From a bacterium (GTDB lineage: Bacteria; DUMJ01): a stretch of DNA of 59,804 nt. Below, in pieces: positions 49,577-59,565 of the stretch. The stretch lies in the NCBI GenBank assembly GCA_049970495.1, contig JBMFMV010000005.1, positions 1 through 59,804 of the forward strand, read 5' to 3'. The notes under the pieces were generated by a model. It saw nothing but the letters and a program-made list of their open reading frames with translations, was not told where the DNA came from and made no database searches. The translations under genes and the position numbers were made by a program. Each line of letters opens with the position of its first letter. Position 1 is the first letter of the stretch.

Positions 49577-50759
49577 AAGAAAGAAAGTTTCTTTTGACAT
49601 AACTTTACTCTTTTCTATAATATTCATATTGATTTGTCTCTATGCCGTATGGAGTATAAGAGAGGTTGGGATGAAAGAAGATACCTCCCAACCTCAAGTT
49701 GTATTACCTGAGACAAAGCCTACCCCTATCTATGAACCGCTAAAACCATTATCTAAAGAAAAAACTAGCATTAAGGAGACACCTGCTGAGAAAACACCTA
49801 CTAAAGGGAATGAGGATACTGTTCTAGAAACTAAGAAAGAGGTTACCACAGTGGTTGAAGATAATGTTGTAACATCTGAGGAAAGATTAGATCCAAAATT
49901 AGAAGAATCTATAAAATCTCTTTTAATAGAGTTAAACTGTAAGGTTCAAAAGGACTGGAATATAGAGGTCCCCACTTTTTGTTCTATCGAATGGTTAAGG
50001 CGTAGATTAAATGCAGAGCTTCTCAAACTTGGATATAGACTAGAAGGTAATATCATTTATGAGAATAATAAAGAGATAGTCGAGTTTAAATTTAATAAGG
50101 CTCAGCCTCGAGGAAAAATCGCCATTATAATAGATGACGTGGGAAGATCTACTAGGCTTAATAGAGTGCTAGAAGGTATTAATCTGCCCCTTAACATCTC
50201 TATACTCCCGAAACAGAGTAAGTCTAGGGAGATGAGTATTCTTGGGAAAAAGATGGGTTGGGATGTCCTATTACATCTTCCTATGGAACCAATTGGAAAA
50301 GGTTGGGTAGACGATACTTTTATAAGGATAAATATGGATAAGAAGCAGATAGAAGATAAAGTGACTTCTTATCTTCAAGAATTACCATATGTCAATGGGA
50401 TAAACAATCATATGGGTTCTCTAGCTACTACCAATGAAGAGGTAATGAGAACAATACTAGGTATAGTCAAAGGTAGGGGTTTATACTTTGTTGATAGTCT
50501 TACTACTTCAAATTCTGTTGGGGAGAAGGTTTCTAAGGAAATAGGACTAGAGAGATTTGCCAAGAGAGATGTATTTTTAGATAATATAGATAATAGGGGT
50601 TATATAAACTCGCAGATAGATAAACTTGTCGAGTTTGGCATAAAGAATGGATTTGCTATAGGGATAGGACATCTAAGAGAAAATACATTGTTGACTATAA
50701 GAGACTATAGTTGGGAAGATAAGGAAGTTGAGTTAGTTCTATTGAGCGAGATACTATAA
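49563..50759 (+). CDS. Divergent polysaccharide deacetylase family protein
   Basis: [33 protein letters not shown] and AIGIGH motifs. Confidence 0.9.
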   Translation: MGKSRRKKVSFDITLLFSIIFILICLYAVWSIREVGMKEDTSQPQVVLPETKPTPIYEPLKPLSKEKTSIKETPAEKTPTKGNEDTVLETKKEVTTVVEDNVVTSEERLDPKLEESIKSLLIELNCKVQKDWNIEVPTFCSIEWLRRRLNAELLKLGYRLEGNIIYENNKEIVEFKFNKAQPRGKIAIIIDDVGRSTRLNRVLEGINLPLNISILPKQSKSREMSILGKKMGWDVLLHLPMEPIGKGWVDDTFIRINMDKKQIEDKVTSYLQELPYVNGINNHMGSLATTNEEVMRTILGIVKGRGLYFVDSLTTSNSVGEKVSKEIGLERFAKRDVFLDNIDNRGYINSQIDKLVEFGIKNGFAIGIGHLRENTLLTIRDYSWEDKEVELVLLSEIL

Positions 50760-51478
50760 TGATACTTAAGACTGTAAACTTAGTAAAGAGATTTGGACAG
50801 AGGGTTGTTGTAAAGGATGTATCTATAGAGATAAGATCTAGAGAGATAGTTGGTCTTCTGGGACCAAACGGAGCAGGAAAGACTACCACCTTCTATATGA
50901 TAACTGGCCTTTTAAGACCGAATGCGGGAAAGATTTATTTAGACGAAAATGATATAACGGATATGCCTATCCATAGGAGAGCTAGACTTGGAATAGGTTA
51001 CTTGCCTCAGGAACCTTCTATATTTAGAAAACTTACAGTGGAGGAAAATCTGTTGGCGATACTGCAGTTTCTTCCAATGACAAATAAAGAGAGGATAACT
51101 AAAGTAGAGGAGCTCCTGGAGGAATTTGGCATAGTACATCTAAGGAAATCTTTAGCATCTTCTCTCTCTGGGGGTGAAGCAAGAAGACTTGAGGTTGCTA
51201 GGTCTCTTTTGACTTCTCCTAAGATTATTCTTTTAGATGAACCATTCTTAGGTATAGACCCTATAACTGTTGCCGATATACAGATAATAATACATCAGCT
51301 GAGGGAAAAAGGTTTAGGTATACTAATTACAGACCATAATGTTAGAGAGACTCTTTCTATAGTTGATAGGGCGTATATAATAAATGAGGGAGAAGTAATA
51401 GCGAGTGGCGAACCTAGTGAGATTGCTAATAATGATAAGGTAAAACAGATATATCTCGGGGAGAGATTTGTCCTATGA
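50759..51478 (+). CDS. lptB: LPS export ABC ATPase LptB-like
   Basis: [34 protein letters not shown] and [10 protein letters not shown] motifs. Confidence 0.92.
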   Translation: MILKTVNLVKRFGQRVVVKDVSIEIRSREIVGLLGPNGAGKTTTFYMITGLLRPNAGKIYLDENDITDMPIHRRARLGIGYLPQEPSIFRKLTVEENLLAILQFLPMTNKERITKVEELLEEFGIVHLRKSLASSLSGGEARRLEVARSLLTSPKIILLDEPFLGIDPITVADIQIIIHQLREKGLGILITDHNVRETLSIVDRAYIINEGEVIASGEPSEIANNDKVKQIYLGERFVL

Positions 51479-52536
51479 AGAGATTAGTAGTAAAGATAGG
51501 TACAGCAACATTATGTCCTGAGGATGGTTTAGATGTCAGTTTTTTAGATAACATAGCTAGACAGGTGAAAAATATACAAGATTTAGGGATATCTACCACT
51601 ATTGTCACTTCAGGGGCTATTGGACTTGGTAGGTCTATAGTAAAAAATATCAATAAGAATCTAGGGCTTGTGCAAAAACAGGCTTTGGCAGCTGTAGGAC
51701 AGGGAAAGCTGATAAACTATTACAGTTTAATATTTGAATCTTATGGGCTTATAGTTGCTCAAATCTTACTAACCAGAGAAGACCTTGCAGACAGAAAGAG
51801 ATTCCTTAATGCACGTAATACCCTAGAAGAGCTGATAAGACTTGGCATAATTCCAGTAATAAATGAAAATGACACTGTGGCAACAGAAGAGATAAAGTTA
51901 GGAGATAATGACCAGTTGTCTGCTTTAGTTGCAACATTAATAGATAGTGATTTACTCCTTATTCTATCAAATGTAAATGGCCTTTATGACAAAGATCCCA
52001 GGCTTTATCCCGATGCAAAACTAATAAAAGAGATACATAGCTTCGATGAGATTCCAAAAGACTTGGGAGGACCTTCAGAGAAGGGTTCAGGTGGCATGAT
52101 AACCAAGATACTTGCTGTTGAGATAGCAGCTAGAAGGAATATACCTACTGTGATAGCGTCTGGTAGAGAGAATAGAGTGTTAGAGAGAATAATTAGTGGA
52201 GAGTCTATCGGCACCTTGTTTCATATAGAGGGTGATAAGTTGTCAAAACGCAAGATATGGATAGGTTATGGGGTAACCCCAAAAGGGAAATTATACGTAG
52301 ATCAGGGCGCATATGAAGCATTAGTATTTAAAAATAAGAGCCTCCTATCTCAGGGGATTAAAGAGATAGAAGGTGAATTCTCATCAGGAGATGCGGTTTC
52401 TGTTATATCTCCTACTGGAGAAGAATTTGCTAGAGGAATAGTGTACTATTCTAGTAGCGAGTTAGAGCAACTGAAGGGGAAAAGAGGATATCATGAGGTA
52501 ATCCATAGGGATAATCTAGTTATACTCCATCAGTAG
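51475..52536 (+). CDS. proB: Glutamate 5-kinase
   Basis: VVKIG, SGAI, NENDTV, GDND.L, GGM.TK and PUA domain. Confidence 0.95.
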   Translation: MKRLVVKIGTATLCPEDGLDVSFLDNIARQVKNIQDLGISTTIVTSGAIGLGRSIVKNINKNLGLVQKQALAAVGQGKLINYYSLIFESYGLIVAQILLTREDLADRKRFLNARNTLEELIRLGIIPVINENDTVATEEIKLGDNDQLSALVATLIDSDLLLILSNVNGLYDKDPRLYPDAKLIKEIHSFDEIPKDLGGPSEKGSGGMITKILAVEIAARRNIPTVIASGRENRVLERIISGESIGTLFHIEGDKLSKRKIWIGYGVTPKGKLYVDQGAYEALVFKNKSLLSQGIKEIEGEFSSGDAVSVISPTGEEFARGIVYYSSSELEQLKGKRGYHEVIHRDNLVILHQ

Positions 52537-52580
52537 TCTTTTGCAATCTAAAATCTGTTTGCAAAATTTATACCACCCTC

Positions 52581-52609
52581 TTGCATTTAGAATTAGATTA
52601 TGCTATACT
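52581..52609 (+). promoter_or_regulatory. sigma70 promoter of groESL
   Basis: TTGCAT-17 nt-TATACT with TG extension. Confidence 0.75.
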
Positions 52610-52617
52610 TTTAGATG

Positions 52618-52644
52618 TTAGCACTCTATAGCCATGATTGCTAA
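52618..52644 (+). promoter_or_regulatory. CIRCE element (HrcA operator)
   Basis: TTAGCACTC-N9-GATTGCTAA, one mismatch from consensus, immediately upstream of groES. Confidence 0.93.
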
Positions 52645-52667
52645 AAATATAGAAGGAGGGTGATAGA

Positions 52668-52958
52668 ATGAAACTAAAACCATTAGGTGATAGAGTATTG
52701 GTAAAGCCAATAGCAGTTGAAGAGAGAACAAAGAGTGGTATTGTGCTTCCAGATACCGCTAAAGAAAAGCCTCAACAGGGTAAAGTTTTAGCTGTAGGGC
52801 AGGGTAGGTTATTAGATAATGGGCAACTTGTCCCTCTCCAGATAAAAGAAGGAGACAAAGTCCTCTATTCTAAGTATGCTGGGACAGAAGTAAAAATCGA
52901 AAACGAAGAATATCTTATCCTTAGTGAGAGAGATATTCTAGCCATTATAGAAGAATAA
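52668..52958 (+). CDS. groES: Co-chaperonin GroES
   Basis: [22 protein letters not shown] and YAGTEVK motifs. Confidence 0.98.
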   Translation: MKLKPLGDRVLVKPIAVEERTKSGIVLPDTAKEKPQQGKVLAVGQGRLLDNGQLVPLQIKEGDKVLYSKYAGTEVKIENEEYLILSERDILAIIEE

Positions 52959-52973
52959 GGAGGTGAATGTTAG

Positions 52974-54581
<1,608 letters not shown>

Positions 54582-54592
54582 TAGGATGCAAT

Positions 54593-54625
54593 AAGGGGCG
54601 CCGATTGGCGCCCCTTTAGTTTTTT
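54593..54625. terminator. Rho-independent terminator between groEL and mntP
   Basis: AAGGGGCGCC-GATT-GGCGCCCCTT followed by a T-rich tail. Confidence 0.88.
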
Positions 54626-55178
54626 ATACCAAATGCTCTATAAGTATCTTTATTCCGATCCCTATAAGTATTAATCCGCCAAATATCTCTACCTTAGCAT
54701 TTTCAAAAAAGTGTCTTAAACCATTTCCCATCAAGATACCAATTGAAGAAAGTGTAAATGTCACTATTCCTATTATTAATACAGGAAGAAGAATAGAGGT
54801 CTCAAGAAATGAAAAAGTTACTCCAACTACTAGTGCATCTATGCTTGTCGAAATTGAAAGAAGGATTAATGTCTTATTGTCAAATGGATTGATTATTTGA
54901 CTTTCGCCCCTTAGAGATTCATAGACCATTCTTATTCCTACAAAAGACAAAAGCACAAATGCTATCCAGTGGTCTATACCAGAGATATAAACTTTTAGAC
55001 TTGAACCAGCTAACCAACCTAGTAGAGGCATAAAAGTCTGAAAGAGGCCAAAAGAAAATCCCATCTTCAGCACCTGATAGTATTTTATGTTCCTTGTAGT
55101 TATCCCACTAGTAACTGATACACTAAAGGCATCCATAGCCAAACTAAAAGCTATAAAGATTATAGATGCTATATCCAT
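54624..55178 (-). CDS. mntP: Manganese efflux pump MntP
   Basis: LAMDAFSV, FQ..MP..GW, TSIDAL.VG and E..GG.ILI.IG motifs. Confidence 0.92.
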   Translation of the reverse strand: MDIASIIFIAFSLAMDAFSVSVTSGITTRNIKYYQVLKMGFSFGLFQTFMPLLGWLAGSSLKVYISGIDHWIAFVLLSFVGIRMVYESLRGESQIINPFDNKTLILLSISTSIDALVVGVTFSFLETSILLPVLIIGIVTFTLSSIGILMGNGLRHFFENAKVEIFGGLILIGIGIKILIEHLV

Positions 55179-55272
55179 AGCAAATTTAGTCTATCTTAAG
55201 ACTCTCCTTAATTTTTAGATTCTTACTTATTATACTATAAAAGACGAGAGTATAAAAATCTCTTAGTTCCTT

Positions 55273-55476
55273 CTATAGGAATTGCTCAATTAAATTAGCC
55301 CCCTCTGGGGGATATCTTTTCATTACTGTAGTCTTTTCCCAACAGATTGGATATAAGTCGTCTCTAAAATGCTCTTTACAGCACAATTTACCACAAATAC
55401 GACATCTTCCTCCTACATTCGAGTTTAAAAGACCAACATAAAGCTCTTTACCACATATTTCACATTTATCTAGCGT
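55273..55476 (-). pseudogene. Small zinc-finger-like ORF with ACG start (likely decayed; not in the ORF track)
   Basis: AAAGGAGGTG RBS, 8 nt, then ACG. Translates (T/M)LDKCEICGKELYVGLLNSNVGGRCRICGKLCCKEHFRDDLYPICWEK... Confidence 0.6.
55280..55325. repeat. Direct repeat copy 1 (~45 bp)
   Basis: AATTGCTCAATTAAATTAGCCCCCTCTGGGGGATATCTTTTCATTA; near-identical to 56400-56444. Confidence 0.9.
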
Positions 55477-55578
55477 TTGAACTCCACCTCCTTTAACTTG
55501 TTAAAATTTCCTAATAAATCCAGTCACCTTTCAGTCAAAACTCTTTACAAATGGCTACATCAACCCAATCCCTTTTTA

Positions 55579-55648
55579 TAGTAATGAGTCTTGGATAAAA
55601 GAGATTATCAAAGGCAATTTAGACTAAGCCTTTTATCCACTGTTAGAC
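55579..55648 (-). other. Degenerate attC-like (integron cassette recombination site-like) hairpin
   Basis: GTCTAAC (RYYYAAC) 13 nt after the toxin stop; TGGATAAAAG...CTTTTATCCA inverted repeat; ATTA where the GTT core is expected; 70 bp. Confidence 0.4.
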
Positions 55649-55661
55649 GATATTAATCTCT

Positions 55662-56084
55662 TCATAGAGACAATTCTGACGGTTCAAAAACTAGAGTGCC
55701 CTTTAAAGCCTTCTTCTTCATTTCTTTATCTTTGGTCAATAAAGGGATACCGTATTGCTCAGCTACTTGTAATACAATAGCATCTCCTCCTCTTAGTCCA
55801 GTTTTGCTGCCTATTATGCATGTACTTTCTGCTACATCAACAGTTATATCCAGCCAAGTAATAGAAGGCAACCGACTCAAATTTTTATAAACTGCAATGG
55901 CGATTGTTTCACTATTTGTTCTTCTTCGTATAACACATGTTGTTTCAACTAATACAAGAGCTGGGCATAAAGCTTCTAATTCAAAGTTTAACAGCTTTTC
56001 AAAAATAGGGTAACACTCTGAATGGAATATATCTCTAGGGTCAACACTACTAATAAAAATTTTACTATCAATAACAAATTTCAT
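55662..56084 (-). CDS. PIN-domain (VapC-like) toxin
   Basis: VID, conserved E, DA and T.D acidic PIN residues; ATGA overlap with the upstream small gene. Confidence 0.88.
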   Translation of the reverse strand: MKFVIDSKIFISSVDPRDIFHSECYPIFEKLLNFELEALCPALVLVETTCVIRRRTNSETIAIAVYKNLSRLPSITWLDITVDVAESTCIIGSKTGLRGGDAIVLQVAEQYGIPLLTKDKEMKKKALKGTLVFEPSELSL

Positions 56085-56329
56085 CTTTCTCGCTCTATTT
56101 TAATGTCCTCGATGCTATTTCCACCAGAAGATTGTTGTCCAATTAACGTGATCAATTCTGAAAATACCTTTTTCCATTCTTGTGGATTTAACCCTTCAGC
56201 AAGTAAAGAGGGTCTCGTTACTTCATACTCTAATGCTTCTAATACTGCAAGTTGAGTTTTCTTTAAATAAAGCTCCCGTTCGATCTTTTTAATTTCCTCA
56301 ATTATCTGCAATTTTTGTTTTTTCTCCAT
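56081..56329 (-). CDS. Putative antitoxin of unrecognised family
   Basis: 82 aa, charged, translationally coupled upstream of the PIN toxin; extended -10 TGATATAAT nearby. Confidence 0.7.
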   Translation of the reverse strand: MEKKQKLQIIEEIKKIERELYLKKTQLAVLEALEYEVTRPSLLAEGLNPQEWKKVFSELITLIGQQSSGGNSIEDIKIERER

Positions 56330-56399
56330 GATATACCTCTATCTTTTCATTATATCATAAAATAGGTGTCACTTTCTTGTTGCTAAAATTTATCCCAGA

Positions 56400-56444
56400 A
56401 ATTACTCAATTAAATTAGCCTCTCTGGGGGATATCTTTTCATTA
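56400..56444. repeat. Direct repeat copy 2 (~45 bp)
   Basis: AATTACTCAATTAAATTAGCCTCTCTGGGGGATATCTTTTCATTA. Confidence 0.9.
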
Positions 56445-56447
56445 TCT

Positions 56448-56735
56448 CCAAGAGAAAGCCCAGTTATAGAGTTACCTGCAAGCCAAAGGTTACTTGAGAG
56501 ATTCTTACAGACATATGGTAGAGGTTTTGTAGATTTTATGGTTGGAGATGGATTATATGCTACTAGGGGACTTCTTTTCTTTCTGTATCAAGGAACTAGG
56601 CTGTCATGGGTAGTAAAAACGGATAAAAGAAGCTACAGGTGGTAGAATTTGCGGAGGGGATAGACTCTCTAAGAAAGGAGGAATATGAAGTCTGGGCTAC
56701 TTCATACATCTATTGGGATGGACTACCTTATCAGC
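56448..56735 (+). mobile_element. Frameshifted DDE transposase fragment (IS4/ISNCY-like)
   Basis: Frame-corrected reading: ELPASQRLLERFLQTYGRGFVDFMVGDGLYATRDFFSFCIKELGCHGVVKTDK. The 'E..A..RLL...V.DGLY' segment is typical of the second catalytic Asp region. Confidence 0.6.
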
Positions 56736-56915
56736 ATGGATAATTATAGATATTCTCCCTTTCATAGTGTATACTTTTTCTGGAATAGTTGTAACCATCC
56801 TGTAGCCTCCTTTTTTAGAATAAATATAACATAAGCTACAGGATGGTTCTTCTTTTTACTAATTTTGAGGAAACAATCTAATTTCAGGTAGATTATTTTT
56901 GAGGAATGTCGATCC
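56735..56915 (-). mobile_element. Probable IS left-end remnant with RBS-sequestering hairpin and truncated ORF start
   Basis: Perfect 14 bp inverted repeat AACCATCCTGTAGC (56793-56806) / GCTACAGGATGGTT (56835-56848). One arm covers the ATG after AAGGAGG; a TG-TATATT -10 lies in the loop. Confidence 0.45.
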
Positions 56916-56916
56916 C

Positions 56917-56946
56917 TTGACACAAGATATGTAGATAGTATAAAAT
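56917..56946 (+). promoter_or_regulatory. sigma70 promoter of the SorC regulator
   Basis: TTGACA followed by TATAAA (16 nt spacer) or TAAAAT (18 nt spacer). Confidence 0.6.
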
Positions 56947-56991
56947 AAAAGTGCATCACAAAAGTAGAGATTTGGGAGAAAGATTATTTAG

Positions 56992-57951
56992 GTGGATGAG
57001 AGTAAGATTAAATTAACAGCTAAAATAGCTCGACTCTATTATGAAGAGGGGAAAACCCAAGAAGAGATAGGCAAGGAGTTGGGTATTTCGCGATTTAAGG
57101 TATTACGTCTTCTCCAAAAAGCTAGAGAGGAAGGAATAATTTCAATAAAGATTATTGATCCTTCATCTACATGCAAAGACCTAGAACAAGCCCTTGAGAA
57201 GAAGTTTAACTTAGAGAGAGCAATAGTTGTCTCTAGTGGATATCTCCCTAAGTCTTTAATCCTTCAAGAAATGGGTAAATGGGGGGCTTTACTTTTGCAA
57301 GATGTAACCCAAAATGGAGATATTATTGGTATAGGTTGGGGATCGACTGTGTCTGAATGTATTAGACAATTAAATCCTAATCATAAAGAAATAACGGTAG
57401 TCCCTCTAGGAGGGGGAACTGGACAGTTAGATCCTATTTTTCAAGTCAATGAACTCTCCAAGTGGGTAGCAAATAAATTTAAAGCAAAATGGTATTCCTT
57501 AGATATCCCTATATTTCTAGAAAACAAGGAGACCAGAGACACATTATTTAATGAGCCTAGGATAAAGAAAGTTGTAGATTTATGGGATAAATTAACGATG
57601 GTGTTAGTGGGGATAGGAAATATCCCATCATTATGGAAAGATTATTCTCCGCTGGTAGCTTTTTCAAAAGGAGCAATTGAAACCTTAAAGAGAGAATTAA
57701 TCTTATATAAGAGTGTAGGGGATATAGTTCAGAATTACTTTGATATTAATGGCAATATATCTCCTATATCTATAAGAGAGAATATAGTTGGTGTCTCTAT
57801 AGAACAGATTAAAAAGGTTAAAAAGATCATCGCTTTAAGTGGAGGAGAAGATAAGAAAGAAGCGGTTCTTGGTGCATTACGGTGGGGATATATTACTCAT
57901 TTGGTCACAGACGAATCTGTAGCTAATTACTTGCTAGAATTTGAAGACTAG
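56992..57951 (+). CDS. SorC/DeoR-family sugar-binding transcriptional regulator
   Basis: IARLYY...TQ.EI...LGISR..V.RLL..AR..G, GIGWGST, GIG and LVTDE motifs. Confidence 0.93.
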   Translation: MDESKIKLTAKIARLYYEEGKTQEEIGKELGISRFKVLRLLQKAREEGIISIKIIDPSSTCKDLEQALEKKFNLERAIVVSSGYLPKSLILQEMGKWGALLLQDVTQNGDIIGIGWGSTVSECIRQLNPNHKEITVVPLGGGTGQLDPIFQVNELSKWVANKFKAKWYSLDIPIFLENKETRDTLFNEPRIKKVVDLWDKLTMVLVGIGNIPSLWKDYSPLVAFSKGAIETLKRELILYKSVGDIVQNYFDINGNISPISIRENIVGVSIEQIKKVKKIIALSGGEDKKEAVLGALRWGYITHLVTDESVANYLLEFED

Positions 57952-58231
57952 ATGAGATGTTTACCTTATGCTCCTAGAGGATATCGATACTATATAGGGA
58001 TGAAAGGATACGAAAGGAGAGTGATGCTTGGAGAGAATAATAAAAGGATTATAAGGTTTTGAAAGGTATTTCAGTCAAGTTAACCCGAGAGGGTAGTTTT
58101 AGCTGGCAGTCTAACAAAGATTAAAGACAGGCGGTATTTTAAAGGAAGTATTTTAGGCTCCTCGCTGGTTAGGATTAGAAGAATTTGAGAGTTTACACAA
58201 GGAAAAATAAAGTTTTGGAGGTGAATAAGTT

Positions 58232-59533
58232 ATGATAAAGGTTTTTCTTGGGGTATTTCTAGGAATAGCTTTAATGATGACTACGGTGGCAATGGGTGCG
58301 GTGAATCTAAGAGGGGTAGAGATTTATGTAGCAATCAGATCGCTACCAGAAACAGATTTTATCATTAGTCATACACCTGAATTTACTAGGCAAACGGGGA
58401 TTAAGGTCCACTATCTTCTATATCCTGAGCTTCAATTAAGAGAAAAAGAAGTTATGGACTTAGCTAGTGGTCAAGGAGCATATGATGTAATCGCTCTTGA
58501 TTGTGTATATGTTAGTGAATTTGCTGGGAAGGGTTGGCTTGTTCCCCTAGATAATTTGCTGAAACCAGCTTACGATACGAAGGATTTTATGCCAAAGGTC
58601 CTTGATCTATTTAGAGAGGGGGGAAAGCTCTATGGTTTACCTGTTTACTCAGAAATTACCCATCTTATGTATAGGAAAGATATCTTTGCAGAAAAAGGGA
58701 TTAAAGTCCCAACAACCTTTGATGAATTAGAGCAAGTGGCTGCCAAGCTAAATAACCCTCCTCAACTCTATGGAATTGCTATGAGAGGATTACGTGGTGA
58801 TGGCATGAACGTGTATACGTGGGCAAGTTTCTTCCGAGGTTTTGGTGGAGAATTTTTCGATAAAAGTTGGCATCCAATTTTCAATAATGATGTGGGAGTT
58901 AAAGCAACAGAATACTATGCCAATATTTTAAGAAAATACGGACCTCCTGGAGTTTCTTCTTATAGTTGGGACGATGTCCAATCCGCTTTTACTTCTGGGA
59001 AAACTGCTATGATAATTGATGCTAATAACTTTATGACAAGAATTGAAGACCCTACTAAATCTCAGATAGTTGGGAAGATTGGTTATGCACTTATTCCTGC
59101 TGGTCCTGCTGGTAGATTCCCGGGGATATATTCGATGGGGTTAGGTATTAGCGCAGTTGGAGCAAAGACAGAAAAAGAAAAACTTGCTGCAGCTGAATTT
59201 GTACAATGGGCGACATCATATGATATTCAGCTAGATAGTGCACTACAGTTAGGTGTTGTAAGTTCAGCTCGAAATAAAGTTTTCAACAACCCTGCATTTA
59301 TAGCAAGATTTGATGATAAAAGTTATCCAGGTTGGAGGTCATCTACAGTCAAAAGTTATGAAATAGCGATGCCTCAATTTCGCCCACTTATTCCAGAATG
59401 GAGAGAATTTGGTAACCTTCTTGGCATAGCTATTGAGCAGGTAATTTCTGGTCAGAAGACGGCAAAGGAAGCACTTGACTGGGCGGCAGAGGGAACTGTG
59501 AAAATCATGAAAGATTCAGGAAAGCTCAAGTAG
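58232..59533 (+). CDS. Sugar/polyol ABC substrate-binding protein (CUT1)
   Basis: Signal peptide; YDV, G.LYGLP, MYRKD.F, P.T.DEL and G..AM motifs. Confidence 0.9.
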   Translation: MIKVFLGVFLGIALMMTTVAMGAVNLRGVEIYVAIRSLPETDFIISHTPEFTRQTGIKVHYLLYPELQLREKEVMDLASGQGAYDVIALDCVYVSEFAGKGWLVPLDNLLKPAYDTKDFMPKVLDLFREGGKLYGLPVYSEITHLMYRKDIFAEKGIKVPTTFDELEQVAAKLNNPPQLYGIAMRGLRGDGMNVYTWASFFRGFGGEFFDKSWHPIFNNDVGVKATEYYANILRKYGPPGVSSYSWDDVQSAFTSGKTAMIIDANNFMTRIEDPTKSQIVGKIGYALIPAGPAGRFPGIYSMGLGISAVGAKTEKEKLAAAEFVQWATSYDIQLDSALQLGVVSSARNKVFNNPAFIARFDDKSYPGWRSSTVKSYEIAMPQFRPLIPEWREFGNLLGIAIEQVISGQKTAKEALDWAAEGTVKIMKDSGKLK

Positions 59534-59565
59534 TTTTTTAGCAGGGAGATAAGAGGAGGATTGTT

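Noticed and set aside
52539-52566. TTTTGCAA...TTGCAAAA inverted repeat after proB as a second heat-shock operator
   Set aside because: More simply a weak terminator; CIRCE already explains groESL control
55179-55272. Possible yybP-ykoY Mn riboswitch upstream of mntP
   Set aside because: The leader after the likely TATAAT is only ~45 nt and lacks the conserved motifs; just a small AGTCT/AGACT hairpin is present
55280-56444. CRISPR interpretation of the repeats
   Set aside because: Only two copies 1.1 kb apart, no spacer periodicity and no cas genes
58109-58174. GTCTAAC...GTTAGGA as a second attC
   Set aside because: No convincing internal inverted repeat and not at a gene end
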